A DNA stretch of 62,053 bases, filler included. It is 4 parts of 4 records of this genome, joined end to end, with 100 filler letters (N's around TTAATTAATTAA, not from the genome) between each part and the next. Parts side by side here need not be neighbours in the genome. Positions count along the whole stretch, not along the records: positions 7,609 to 32,109 come from DRR723986_5811; 3 more parts are not named here. The stretch is one strand, 5' to 3'. Below are positions 18,227 through 28,247 of the stretch, piece after piece (the stretch's first letter is position 1; each line of letters starts with the position of its first letter). The notes under the pieces were generated by a model that was not told the DNA's origin, did not search any database, and was given only the letters and a program-made list of their open reading frames with translations. The position numbers were made by a program, and so were the translations under genes.

Positions 18227-19309
18227 ATGAATGGTGTGCGGTTCGCCTGGAAAATGCTCTTCCTTGCGCTGGTGACAGTGGTCCTTGTTCAGTCGCCTGC
18301 CAATGCATCGGAAGAATTCTTTGAAGGCGGCTGGACCCTGCAACGGGATGCTTCTTCCCTGCGCTTCCAGTCGGTCAAGAACCTGACCATCGTTGAATCC
18401 AGCTCTTTCGCGGAATTTGAAGGCGGCATTGACGATACCGGCAACGCCAGCGTCCGCGTCTTTCTTGACTCGATCGATACGAAAATCGACCTTAGAAACG
18501 TGCGCATGCGGTTTCTCTTCTTCGAAACGTTCGAGTTCCCTGAAGCCGTCATCTCGACGAAAATTGATGCGTCAGCCCTCGCTGATCTTCCGACCGTCAA
18601 ACGCAAGACGATCCCGCTTGCCTTCAATCTCGACCTTCACGGCGTCTCAAAACCGTTCGAGGCCAATGTTACGGTGACCTATCTGAGCGAAGACCTGGTT
18701 GCCGTTTCGAGCACCGCGCCGGTGTCTGTCGCAGCTTCCGACTTCGCCCTCGGTGGCGGTATCAAGAAGCTCGAGGAAGCCGCCGGCGTCGTCATCGTGC
18801 CATCGGCAACGGTCTCCTTCGATTTCGTCTTCGCCCGCAAATCGGGCGAAACGGACGAGGACGATGCCGACGACCAGACCCAGCAGGCGGCCGCTTCTCA
18901 GCCAGCTGCAAGCACCGCGCTTGAACCGGAAGGCAACCTGGACAACGAGGCTTGCACCGGCCGGTTCGAGATCCTGTCCCGCACGGACAACATTTACTTT
19001 CCAAGCGGCAGTTCGCAGCTTGATCCGCGAAGCCAGCCACTCCTGAACAGCCTCGTTGACATCATCATGAGATGCCCGGAGCTGACCATTGAAGTCGGAG
19101 GACATACCGACAGTGATGGCAGCGATACATCAAACCTGGCTCTGTCCGAACGCCGGGCGGGCGCGGTCAAGCAGTATCTTGTCTCCAAGAACGTTCCCGA
19201 CAGCAGGATCAGGAGTGTCGGGTATGGCGAAAGCCGTCCCGTAGCTCCGAACACCTCCGCGGAAGGAAAGCAACGCAACCGGCGGATAGAGTTTGTCGTT
19301 GTCGAATAG
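18227..19309 (+). CDS. Secreted YceI-like domain fused to OmpA/MotB C-terminal peptidoglycan-binding domain
   Basis: Signal peptide; WTL...SS.RF, IDTKIDLRN.RMR, LDLHGV (YceI); GHTD, NLALSERRA, GYGE.RP, NRRIEF (OmpA_C). Confidence 0.85.
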   Translation: MNGVRFAWKMLFLALVTVVLVQSPANASEEFFEGGWTLQRDASSLRFQSVKNLTIVESSSFAEFEGGIDDTGNASVRVFLDSIDTKIDLRNVRMRFLFFETFEFPEAVISTKIDASALADLPTVKRKTIPLAFNLDLHGVSKPFEANVTVTYLSEDLVAVSSTAPVSVAASDFALGGGIKKLEEAAGVVIVPSATVSFDFVFARKSGETDEDDADDQTQQAAASQPAASTALEPEGNLDNEACTGRFEILSRTDNIYFPSGSSQLDPRSQPLLNSLVDIIMRCPELTIEVGGHTDSDGSDTSNLALSERRAGAVKQYLVSKNVPDSRIRSVGYGESRPVAPNTSAEGKQRNRRIEFVVVE

Positions 19310-19316
19310 GTCCAAC

Positions 19317-20822
19317 ATGCACCGCTTTGCAATCGCAATCCTCCTGGCACTGACAGTGACCATTGGCGCGCTGTCTGAGAGGGCTCACGCGGAACCGCGG
19401 CTGGCTCTGGTTGTCGGCAATGGCGCTTACACGACCGTGACGCCGCTGGACAATCCGGTGAACGACGCAAGCCTGATGGCCGACGCGCTGCGCAAGGTCG
19501 GCTTCGAGGTAACCCTCGTCACCGATTCCAGCCAGAACGAGATGATCACGGCGATTTCGCAATTCGGCAGCAAGTTGCGGGCCGCGGGCGAGGATGCAAC
19601 AGGGCTGTTCTATTATGCCGGCCACGGCGTGCAATCGTTCGGTGCAAACTTTCTCCTTCCAGTCGATATCGAACTTCAGGACGCTGCCGACCTCAGCCTG
19701 GTCGGTGTCCCTGCGCAGGCCGTTCTGCGGCAGATGTTCTCGGCACGGAACCGGACCAACATCGTCATTCTGGATGCCTGCCGAAACAATCCGTTCGTTT
19801 CCATCCCGGACCTCAGCGACAACGGTCTGGCAGAAATGAAGGCCCCCAGAGGTACTTTCCTCTCCTATTCCACCGCACCGGGCGACATCGCGCTCGATGG
19901 TATCGGCGGCAACAGCCCCTTCACCGAAGCGCTGGCCCGGCACATGCCGACACCCGGCATGCCCGTCGAAACCCTTTTCAAGGCAGTGCGGGTCGATGTT
20001 CTGAAGGAGACCGGCAACCAGCAGACCCCGTGGGATACATCCTCCCTCACCGTTGATTTCCAGTTTGTCCCGGCCAAGGCTCCCTCTGCCGAGGAAGTCG
20101 AATTGCGCCAGATCTGGGACACGGTGAAACTCAGCAAGGACCCCTTGCAGGTTCTCCTGTTCCTGCGCGCGCACCCGGACAGCCGATACTCCGCAGAAGC
20201 CAGGGAACTCCTGACGGCTCTGATGGAGAAGGAAACGCAGCCCACCGCGCAGGCGACACCTGCCCCACAACAGGAATCCGAACCAGCCACGCCCCAGACA
20301 AGCGAGCGTGACATGATCGAAACAGCGCGCCGAGAGGGAACCGCAAGCGCCTATCAAACCTATCTGGACGCATATCCGAACGGTGCCTTTGCCGAACTCG
20401 CACGCCTGGAGCTGCAAACGATCGTCAACAAGGAGCAGAGCACGGATCCGGTCGCCAGTCAGCCGCAGCAGGAAGACGCGCCAGCCATCGCCGAGCAAGG
20501 CTCACCTGCCGCCGAGCCGGGGGAACCGTCAGCCGTCATAGCATTCAACGCCCCCCTTGCCATGGGAGAGCCGGATATCGCCACCCGAAGCATTTCGGAG
20601 CTGATCACCGGATCGCCGAAGTTCCCGCCGATCGAGGGCCTGCCGGAAGCGGTCTGGAAGGACAAGACTTGTGCCGCCTGTCATCAATGGGAGCAGGCGA
20701 ACCTGTGCGATCAGGCCAAGACCTATGTCGCAGACAAGTCCAGAACCATCGAGAAACAGCACCCCTACGGCGGCACTTTCAAGAATGCGTTGCGGCTTTG
20801 GGCCGAACAGGGGTGTCCGTAA
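19317..20822 (+). CDS. Secreted caspase-family (peptidase C14) protein with helical repeats and a C-terminal Cys-rich CxxCH domain
   Basis: Signal peptide; RLALVVGN..Y, L.NP.NDA, YYAGHG and ILDACR catalytic dyad, NSPFT, QQTPW; CAACH at 20670-20684. Confidence 0.88.
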   Translation: MHRFAIAILLALTVTIGALSERAHAEPRLALVVGNGAYTTVTPLDNPVNDASLMADALRKVGFEVTLVTDSSQNEMITAISQFGSKLRAAGEDATGLFYYAGHGVQSFGANFLLPVDIELQDAADLSLVGVPAQAVLRQMFSARNRTNIVILDACRNNPFVSIPDLSDNGLAEMKAPRGTFLSYSTAPGDIALDGIGGNSPFTEALARHMPTPGMPVETLFKAVRVDVLKETGNQQTPWDTSSLTVDFQFVPAKAPSAEEVELRQIWDTVKLSKDPLQVLLFLRAHPDSRYSAEARELLTALMEKETQPTAQATPAPQQESEPATPQTSERDMIETARREGTASAYQTYLDAYPNGAFAELARLELQTIVNKEQSTDPVASQPQQEDAPAIAEQGSPAAEPGEPSAVIAFNAPLAMGEPDIATRSISELITGSPKFPPIEGLPEAVWKDKTCAACHQWEQANLCDQAKTYVADKSRTIEKQHPYGGTFKNALRLWAEQGCP

Positions 20823-20870
20823 CTTCGACGCCGGTTTTGTAGCGATCCGACGTGTTTTTGCGTGCCTCGG

Positions 20871-21527
20871 TTACTGCGATTTCGAGATCACCGCATAGTC
20901 CGAGTAGCCGGCATAAAGGCGATGGAAAGAGGTAACTGCGCCGATGCTGGCAGCCAGGGCCTTCAACTCGTCTTCCAGGTCGGCTCGCGGAGATACGTGG
21001 AAGGATTTGAGCCAGGCAAACAGCACGCGCTTGAACCAGCCAGGCAAGCGTTCCTGCTGACCGAAATCGACCACGTGGATCCGCCCGTCCGGCGCCAGCC
21101 GCGCGGCACCTGCCGCCAATGCTTCGCGCCAGATCGGGATCATGGACAGCGTATAGGAATAAAAGACGCGGTCGAAAGCCGGAACTCCAAATCCTTCCGT
21201 TGCCGCCGGGTTTGCGGCATCGCCTTCCACAAGCGCGATCCGGTCTGTCAGGCCTGCCTTGTCGATGTTCTTCTGGGCGGTTTCCAGCATGTTCCTGGAA
21301 ATGTCGAGACCGTAGAAACGAACGTCCGGATAGGCTTTTGCAGCCGCAATCAGGTTCCGGCCGGTGCCGCAGCCAAGTTCCAGCACGACGCCATCTCGCG
21401 GCGGCTGAAGCTCGCGGATCAGCTTGTCGCGCCCGAGCAGATAGAACTTGCGGGTCAGGTCGTAAAAATGGCGCTGATGGCGATAGACGGCATCCATCAG
21501 CCGGGCTGTTTCGACGGCTTGGGTCAT
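20871..21527 (-). CDS. btaB: DGTS betaine-lipid N-methyltransferase
   Basis: YDLTRKFYLLGRD, ELGCGTGRN SAM motif, SYTLSMIP, VVDFG; follows btaA. Confidence 0.9.
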   Translation of the reverse strand: MTQAVETARLMDAVYRHQRHFYDLTRKFYLLGRDKLIRELQPPRDGVVLELGCGTGRNLIAAAKAYPDVRFYGLDISRNMLETAQKNIDKAGLTDRIALVEGDAANPAATEGFGVPAFDRVFYSYTLSMIPIWREALAAGAARLAPDGRIHVVDFGQQERLPGWFKRVLFAWLKSFHVSPRADLEDELKALAASIGAVTSFHRLYAGYSDYAVISKSQ

Positions 21528-21559
21528 AACGCTATGTTTCCGTACGCAGGACGGCCAGC

Positions 21560-22822
21560 TTAGCCGTTGAACACATAAAGATGGAAGCCACCATAAATGG
21601 AGGAGCGGTCCTGACGGCCAAGCTCCAGGCTTTCCTCTTCCTCGTAGGTCCAGCGGCTCAGGATCTGGTCGGATACGCGGCCCGGCAGAAGGGTCGGTTC
21701 GGCAGCGGTGCGGAAGATGACCCGGGCACCTGGAAGCGCGGTCCGCGTTATCTCGGTCCAGAGTGCATTGAGCTGATGGTCTGTCATCCAGTCCTGCGCA
21801 TCTAACAGCACATAGGCGTCAAGCGTATTGTCCTGAACCGACTGAAGGTGTTCGGTAAAATTGCGATTGAGCACACGGACCCGGCCCGCACGCTGACGGA
21901 TTTCCTCGAAATGCTCGCGCTTTAGGTAAGGCGGCAAAGGCCCGGCCGGACCGGTGCTGTCCTGACCGCTTGGAGCATAGCCACGACCGAAGGCCTGCCA
22001 GGCGAAATAGTTGTCCTGCATGGAGAAGTCGCAAGCGAGTTTCTCAAGCCGCTGACGCAGAACCGCAGACATGTCGCGTTCGGCACTGGCCGATACCAGG
22101 GCGTCATACTGAGCTGGCGGAATGCCGAGGCCGTAGAGCGACATCTTCTTGGACGTAGCCCAGCGCACCAGACGCTTGTCGAACAGCGGTGCCAGTGCGG
22201 TATCGAAGAAGGTGCGCTGTTCTTCCAGCGACCTGGTCTTGACCATGTGCTTCGGGTCGATGCCATAGAGCCTTGCGACCAGGTGTCCCGCGCCGATGCA
22301 ATAGCCCAGCAGACCGTGGTGATAGAGATCGCGCGAGAACAGCGTGATCCTCTTGCGGCCCCAATTGGCCATGTCACGGCCTTCCCAGTAGGCGACCGTT
22401 TCAGGATCGAGCTTGTCTTTCAGGAACCGCTGATAGGCGGCAACATTGGCCTTTTCGTCTGCTTCGCCGAAGAACCTGTAGAAGACCTCGTAATTCGGCA
22501 GATGCTTGGCTGCGGCCAGTTTCAGCCGGCCCAGCGCCACATGTGCACGGTTGAGGTCCACCGCAGTGATCTCGGCCGGATTTGCCGTCAGGTAGGACAT
22601 GACGTTGCAGCCGCCCGACGCGATCGTGATCATTCGGGAGTCCGGCGTCAGGCGAAGAGCCCTCATGTCGACATCCGGATCTTCCCAGATCTGCGGATAG
22701 ACAAGGCCCTTGAAAGCGAATGTGAACAGGCGCTCGAGAAAACCGTCCTTGGAGGTGGCTTCGGAACGGTGAACCGCATTCTTGAGACGTTTCTTCGATG
22801 CGGTAAGCGTGCTCTGCGCCAT
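21560..22822 (-). CDS. btaA: DGTS biosynthesis 3-amino-3-carboxypropyl transferase (DUF3419)
   Basis: LVYPQIWEDP, IASGGCN, DNYFAWQAF, LDAQDWM, DRSSIYGGFH. Confidence 0.93.
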   Translation of the reverse strand: MAQSTLTASKKRLKNAVHRSEATSKDGFLERLFTFAFKGLVYPQIWEDPDVDMRALRLTPDSRMITIASGGCNVMSYLTANPAEITAVDLNRAHVALGRLKLAAAKHLPNYEVFYRFFGEADEKANVAAYQRFLKDKLDPETVAYWEGRDMANWGRKRITLFSRDLYHHGLLGYCIGAGHLVARLYGIDPKHMVKTRSLEEQRTFFDTALAPLFDKRLVRWATSKKMSLYGLGIPPAQYDALVSASAERDMSAVLRQRLEKLACDFSMQDNYFAWQAFGRGYAPSGQDSTGPAGPLPPYLKREHFEEIRQRAGRVRVLNRNFTEHLQSVQDNTLDAYVLLDAQDWMTDHQLNALWTEITRTALPGARVIFRTAAEPTLLPGRVSDQILSRWTYEEEESLELGRQDRSSIYGGFHLYVFNG

Positions 22823-22876
22823 GTCTTTCTCCCGAGTCACCTGCGCCAATAAACTGCCTTCCGATACGTGACGGAC

Positions 22877-22894
22877 GCGACAGTTTGGTGACGT
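22877..22894 (-). promoter_or_regulatory. Pho box upstream of btaAB
   Basis: ACGTCAC-CAAA-CTGTCGC on minus strand: two half-sites with an 11-bp period. Confidence 0.65.
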
Positions 22895-23005
22895 TTGCGG
22901 AGAATCGAGCCGTTATCCGGATAATAAACCGCCAGTGAAGACCTGCCTCGGCAGTCAGGAGCGTCTTCATCGATGGGAAGCCTTCCTCCCCGGCGGAAAC
23001 GAAAC

Positions 23006-23032
23006 AAAAAAGCCCCCGCCGAAGCGGGGGCT
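23006..23032 (-). terminator. Rho-independent terminator
   Basis: AGCCCCCGC-TTCG-GCGGGGGCT-TTTTT. Confidence 0.85.
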
Positions 23033-23065
23033 GTGTTTCCGTCCAGACCGTTGGGAGATCCGAAC

Positions 23066-24289
23066 CTAGCGCGTGATAACCACGAAGTCGGTGCCAAGAC
23101 CCGTGTTGCGGGTGAAGTTTCGGTCCGTGACCGTCAGGGACGAACCCGGGGTCAGCATCCTGGAAACTTCAAGCGCGACCTTCTTGGACATCTCGATCCG
23201 GTCGAGAACGTCCATCGACGCGCCACCGCGTTCACCTTCGGCAGATACCGCCATCCACTCGACCGACGAGTCACCGGGCTTGAAATCCATGGCAGTGAAA
23301 ACGTGCGTTCCGATTTCCTGGTCGATATCCTTGATCGAGACAGGGGCGGAATAGACATCGCGGAACTTGCGACGGATCCGCAGCGTTGCATTCTTCGGCT
23401 CTTCGTATCCGGCATCGGCATGGATGCGGAACTCAAGCGCATTGGTCAGCTGACCGGTTACCGGCAGTTCGGCACCTTCCTGGTACAGGCTGATCGCTGC
23501 ACGGGTCTTGCGGCCCATGACACCGTCTTCCGGACCGGCATTGAAGCCCATCTGGTTGAGCAGCTGTTGCAGCACCTGGATACGGCTTGGTGCTTTCTGC
23601 GGCGTGATGATCATCCGAAGAGGCTGATCGAAATAAGGATTTTCCGGCTGTACTGCCGGCAGGTTAGCCTGCAGGGGCGCTTCCTGAATGGCACCACGCA
23701 GAGCCGGATCGGCTGCAATGGTCTCGTCCGTCAGGCTTGCGACCTCGGTTTCAGGCACATAGGGCTGCGGCAATACAGCGTGATGCACACCAAGCGGGTT
23801 CGCCTCACCCCGTGTCACGACAACATGCATGCCGCGCTCGGTCATGCTGTAAAGCGACTGTGCGAAGGCCTTCGGAAGACGAATGCAACCGTGCGAAGCC
23901 GGATAGCCGGGCAACCTTCCCACATGCAGGGCAATACCCGACCATGTCAGACGTTGCATGAATGGCATCGGCGCATTGTCGTAGAGGTTGGAAAAGTGCT
24001 TGCGCCTCTTTTCCAGAATGGAAAACACACCGGTCGGTGTGCTGTGGCCACGCTTCCCGGAGGAAATCGACGACACTTCGATTAGATCAAGGCCGCGGTA
24101 GACCTTGATCTTCTGCTCGTCCAGCGACACCAGCATGTGCAATGGCGGTTCGCTTGCCACATCCGTTTCCGGAGCGGCATCACGCGCGAATGCGGCCGAC
24201 ATGGCGGCGAACGAAATAACTGCGGCACCGGTCAAGTTGAGCAGCGAGCGCTTGTGCCTGCTCCGGCTATTCATTTCCAATGACAACAT
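23066..24289 (-). CDS. L,D-transpeptidase (YkuD) with peptidoglycan-binding domain
   Basis: TPTGVF, APMPFMQRLTWSGIALH..LPGYPASHGCIRL; LQQLL..GF..GPEDGVMG PG-binding motif. Confidence 0.9.
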   Translation of the reverse strand: MLSLEMNSRSRHKRSLLNLTGAAVISFAAMSAAFARDAAPETDVASEPPLHMLVSLDEQKIKVYRGLDLIEVSSISSGKRGHSTPTGVFSILEKRRKHFSNLYDNAPMPFMQRLTWSGIALHVGRLPGYPASHGCIRLPKAFAQSLYSMTERGMHVVVTRGEANPLGVHHAVLPQPYVPETEVASLTDETIAADPALRGAIQEAPLQANLPAVQPENPYFDQPLRMIITPQKAPSRIQVLQQLLNQMGFNAGPEDGVMGRKTRAAISLYQEGAELPVTGQLTNALEFRIHADAGYEEPKNATLRIRRKFRDVYSAPVSIKDIDQEIGTHVFTAMDFKPGDSSVEWMAVSAEGERGGASMDVLDRIEMSKKVALEVSRMLTPGSSLTVTDRNFTRNTGLGTDFVVITR

Positions 24290-24538
24290 CCCTGAGCTCC
24301 CCAACGCAAATACCCATAAAGCTCGATTAAAACTGTAACCAACATCTGTGTAGATCGGGTTAGGAAACACGGTTACTTATTGGTTTCCTTCGACCTTTCA
24401 GCCGCAAAGTCGCACATTACCCAGCTCGCGGCTGTTATTCACATCACATTTTGTACAGCTAGCAGCCACAACGTGAACGGGGCCTGAATGGGGAAAACGG
24501 CCCATTCACGCCAACGGTTCCGGCAGGAGTGGCTTTTC

Positions 24539-25870
24539 TCAGGCTTTCAGTCCGTCCAGGAAACGGACGGGTTCGCCGCGCGAGGGTGTCGTCAGTTCAC
24601 CGTCCCACATGACGCGCTGCCCGCGGACAACAGTCCCAACCGGCCAGCCGGTGACGTCCTTGCCGTCATAAGGTGTCCAGCCGCACTTGGAGGCGATCCA
24701 CTCGTTGCGGATCGTTTCCTTGCGCTTCATGTCCACCACGGTGAAGTCGGCATCGTAGCCGACTGCGATCCGGCCCTTGAGTGCCGTCTGGAAGAGACGG
24801 GCCGGGCCTGCACTGGTCATGTCGACAAAACGCGCGAGGCTGAGACGGCCTGCGTTGACGTGATCCAGCATGATCGGCACCAGCGTCTGGACACCGGTCA
24901 TTCCGGACGGAGACGCCGGATAGGGCTTCTGCTTTTCTTCCAGAAGATGCGGGGCATGATCGGAACCGAAGATGTCGAGAATGCCCTGCTGCAAAGCCCA
25001 CCAGAGACGTTCCGAGTGGCGCGGTGCACGCACCGGCGGGTTCATCTGAACCAGCGTGCCCAGCCGGTGGTAGGCTTCGTCCGTCAATGTCAGGTGGTGC
25101 GGTGTCACCTCTATGGAGGCGACATCCTTGTGGTCGATCAGGAAATCGACCTCCTCTGCCGTAGACAGATGCAGAATGTGGATCTTGGCGCCGGTTTCGC
25201 GCGCGATGCCCACAAGACGCTGGGTGCACTGAAGCGCTGCGATCTCGTCACGCCAGATCGGATGGGAACTTGGGTCGCCTTCAACACGTTCTCCCTGACG
25301 TTCGCGCAGGCGAAATTCGTCCTCGGAGTGGAAGGCCGCCCGGCGGCGGGTCACGGACAGGATTTCCTTCACGCCCTGGTCGTCTTCCACCAGAAGGTCG
25401 CCGGTGGAAGACCCCATGAACACCTTGATGCCCGCTGCCGCCGGCAGGCGCTCCAGGTCAGGAATGTCCTTGACGTTATCCCGCGTACCGCCAACCCAGA
25501 AGGCAAAGTCGCAGTGCATGCGGTGGTGTCCGCGCTGCACCTTGTCGGCAAGGGCTGCCTCGGAAGTCGTCAGCGGATTGGTGTTCGGCATCTCGAAGAC
25601 CGCGGTAACGCCGCCCATGACGGCAGCACGGGAACCGGATTCCAGGTCTTCCTTGTGGTCGAGACCGGGCTCGCGGAAATGCACCTGGGTGTCCATGACG
25701 CCCGGCAGGACATGCAGCCCCGTGCAATCGAGCGTTTCGCCTGCCTGTGAAGCGTCGAAGGAGCCTATGCCGACAATCCGGCCGCCGCGAACAGCGACAT
25801 CACGCTGCCCCTCGCCGTCCTGATTGACTACGGTTCCGCCCTTCAGGATCAGGTCATAGGTCGCGCTCAT
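24539..25870 (-). CDS. pyrC: Dihydroorotase (multifunctional-complex type)
   Basis: DTQVHFREPG, EMPNT, KVFMGSSTG, MNPPVR, GSDHAPH, SKCGWTPY. Confidence 0.9.
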   Translation of the reverse strand: MSATYDLILKGGTVVNQDGEGQRDVAVRGGRIVGIGSFDASQAGETLDCTGLHVLPGVMDTQVHFREPGLDHKEDLESGSRAAVMGGVTAVFEMPNTNPLTTSEAALADKVQRGHHRMHCDFAFWVGGTRDNVKDIPDLERLPAAAGIKVFMGSSTGDLLVEDDQGVKEILSVTRRRAAFHSEDEFRLRERQGERVEGDPSSHPIWRDEIAALQCTQRLVGIARETGAKIHILHLSTAEEVDFLIDHKDVASIEVTPHHLTLTDEAYHRLGTLVQMNPPVRAPRHSERLWWALQQGILDIFGSDHAPHLLEEKQKPYPASPSGMTGVQTLVPIMLDHVNAGRLSLARFVDMTSAGPARLFQTALKGRIAVGYDADFTVVDMKRKETIRNEWIASKCGWTPYDGKDVTGWPVGTVVRGQRVMWDGELTTPSRGEPVRFLDGLKA

Positions 25871-26053
25871 GTGGCTCCTCCGCGTTAATTCGGGTCTATC
25901 GGCAGGTCGGTTTAACGGGCTTATACGCGGCCCGGCGGCAAAGGACCAGACAGGGGTCGACAGATTCAGAACCTTGCCCACGGTGGGGAAAGCGCCTATG
26001 TGGCATTCAAGTGAAACTGGCCAGTCAACCTGTCTGAATCAGTCATCCGTTCC

Positions 26054-26980
26054 ATGGAGCCTGCCGTGTCGACCCTGTCCTATGCCCACCTGTCCGACCG
26101 CTCGTTGATCCGCGTTGGCGGTGCCGAGGCACAGCATTTCCTGCAAAACCTGGTGACGGCAGATATCGACGGCATGACGGAAGGTGGCGCTCGCGCAGGT
26201 GCCCTGCTGACGCCCCAGGGCAAGATCCTGTTCGATTTCCTGATTTACCGCGTCGAAACCGGGTACCTGCTGGATGCCCCATCAGAAACGGCAGCTGACC
26301 TTCTGAAACGGCTGACATTCTATCGGCTGCGGGCAAAGGTGGAACTGGAAATGCTGCCGGAAGACATCGGTGTGATTGCGGTTTGGGATGACGCTTCGGA
26401 AGCGGGCAACGCTTCGAACCTTGGTCTGGAAGCTGCCCTGGCCTGCGTCACGGATCCGCGGCTGCCAGCGCTCGGGATGCGCATTTCCGGTTCAGTGGCT
26501 GATGTTTCCGCAATGCTCGACGGTTCACCCGCGGACGTTGCAGCCTATGATCTTCACCGCATTTCAAAAGGCGTGCCGGAAGGTCTGAAAGACTACGACT
26601 ACTCGGATATTTTCCCTCACGATGCCGATCTAGATCAGCTTGGCGGCGTCTCCTTTTCCAAGGGATGTTACGTCGGTCAGGAAGTGGTTTCGCGCATGCA
26701 GCACCGGGGCAGCGCCCGCAAGCGGTTCGTTCAGATCGAAAGCGGCGCGATGCTTCCTGAAAAGGGTGCTGATATCATGGCCGGCGGCAAATCCGTCGGG
26801 GCGCTCGGGTCCAGTGCCGGTACCGGTGACAGCGCTGTGGGCCTTGCCCTGCTCCGTCTTGACAAGGTAGCCCAAGCCAAGGACAACGGCATCCCTCTGC
26901 AATGCGGTGACGCGGAGATTCTGGTCAAGGTGCCCGACTGGGCATCGTTTTCCTTGCCGGAGCCCAGCACCGCGGACTGA
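26054..26980 (+). CDS. ygfZ: Folate-binding Fe-S cluster repair protein YgfZ
   Basis: LLTPQGK and KGCYVGQEVVSRM signature. Confidence 0.93.
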   Translation: MEPAVSTLSYAHLSDRSLIRVGGAEAQHFLQNLVTADIDGMTEGGARAGALLTPQGKILFDFLIYRVETGYLLDAPSETAADLLKRLTFYRLRAKVELEMLPEDIGVIAVWDDASEAGNASNLGLEAALACVTDPRLPALGMRISGSVADVSAMLDGSPADVAAYDLHRISKGVPEGLKDYDYSDIFPHDADLDQLGGVSFSKGCYVGQEVVSRMQHRGSARKRFVQIESGAMLPEKGADIMAGGKSVGALGSSAGTGDSAVGLALLRLDKVAQAKDNGIPLQCGDAEILVKVPDWASFSLPEPSTAD

Positions 26981-27003
26981 AACCGCGAGACCTTTGAGGA
27001 CCG

Positions 27004-27666
27004 ATGGCCTCTGCCCGAACCGACCAGCCCCCGCGCGCCTGGCAGCGCATGTTGTCCGGCAGACGGCTCAATCTTCTGGACCCCTCACCGCTCGACGTCG
27101 AGATCTCCGACATCGCCCATGGCCTTGCCCGTGTCGCCCGCTGGAACGGACAGACCTATGGCAACCATGCCTTCTCGGTCGCGGAACATTCGCTGATCGT
27201 TGAAGACATCGCCATGATGCTGAAACCGGACCTGCCGCCGCACTGGCGCCTGGCTGTTCTGCTCCATGATGCACCGGAATATGTCATCGGTGACATGATA
27301 TCCCCCTTCAAGTCCGTCATCGGTGAAGCCTACAAGGGGGTGGAATCACGCCTGCAGGGGGCAATCCACTTGCGGTTCGGTCTGCCCGCAGCAATTCCCG
27401 TGGCCGTGAAGAAGCTCGCAAAGCGCGCCGACATCATCTGTGCCTATTTCGAGGCGGTGGAACTGGCCGGTTTCGACGAAGACGAAGCTGCCAAGATATT
27501 CGGCAAGCCACGTGGTTTTCCGCTCGATGCGAACGGCAAGTTGCGTTACGGCCTTGAGCCTCTGCCGGTGAAATCTGCCCAGGAAATGTTCATGCAGCGC
27601 TTTGAAGAGATCGAAGCCCTGCGCGAAGCTGGGAACAACCCGAAAAGCAGACAAGCTAACGGGTGA
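27004..27666 (+). CDS. HD-domain hydrolase (YfbR/YfdR-like 5'-deoxynucleotidase)
   Basis: DIAHGL.R..RWNGQ, SVAEHS, LLHDAPEY.IGD. Confidence 0.85.
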   Translation: MASARTDQPPRAWQRMLSGRRLNLLDPSPLDVEISDIAHGLARVARWNGQTYGNHAFSVAEHSLIVEDIAMMLKPDLPPHWRLAVLLHDAPEYVIGDMISPFKSVIGEAYKGVESRLQGAIHLRFGLPAAIPVAVKKLAKRADIICAYFEAVELAGFDEDEAAKIFGKPRGFPLDANGKLRYGLEPLPVKSAQEMFMQRFEEIEALREAGNNPKSRQANG

Positions 27667-27720
27667 CCTTGCCCACGAATGACCCTAGTTTATTGACGGA
27701 TGCGAAGAACCGGTTCTGTC

Positions 27721-28227
27721 ATGCTGCACGTTTGTTCCCTGTCGAAATTGCCCGAAACGGTGGTCTCCACCGGCGCCAAATCCGTGATCACCCTGATCAA
27801 CGCCGAAATGAGCGTGCCGACACCCGTCGGTATCTTGCCGGAACGCCATCTGTTTCTTGCCTTCAACGACATTGTAACGCCGGTGAAGGGGCTGGTTCCG
27901 GCCAGTGAAAGGCAAGTGGAGGCTTTTCTGTCCTTCGTGAGATCCTGGGACCGGCAGGAACCACTGGTGATACACTGCTGGGCAGGCATCAGCCGCTCGA
28001 CGGCCGGTGCCTATGTGGCAGCTTGTGCGCTCAACCCGAATGCGGATGAATACGATCTTGCGAAGATCCTTCGGGCGCGGTCGCCGTCGGCCACACCGAA
28101 CGCCCGGATTGTTGCGATGGGCGACAAGATCCTCGGCCGTGATGGCCGCATGATCGACGCCATCCGGGGCATCGGCCGCGGTGCAAATGCCTTTGAAGGC
28201 AACCCCTTTGTCATGCCGATCGACTGA
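27721..28227 (+). CDS. Protein-tyrosine-phosphatase-like protein
   Basis: CX5R P-loop IHCWAGISRS; FNDI acid loop; ATPN. Confidence 0.85.
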   Translation: MLHVCSLSKLPETVVSTGAKSVITLINAEMSVPTPVGILPERHLFLAFNDIVTPVKGLVPASERQVEAFLSFVRSWDRQEPLVIHCWAGISRSTAGAYVAACALNPNADEYDLAKILRARSPSATPNARIVAMGDKILGRDGRMIDAIRGIGRGANAFEGNPFVMPID

Positions 28228-28247
28228 CGACCAACCACGGAGACGCA

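Noticed and set aside
19317-20822. Caspase as part of a gasdermin, NLR or CRISPR-linked defence system
   Set aside because: It has a signal peptide, and no gasdermin, STAND ATPase or cas gene is nearby
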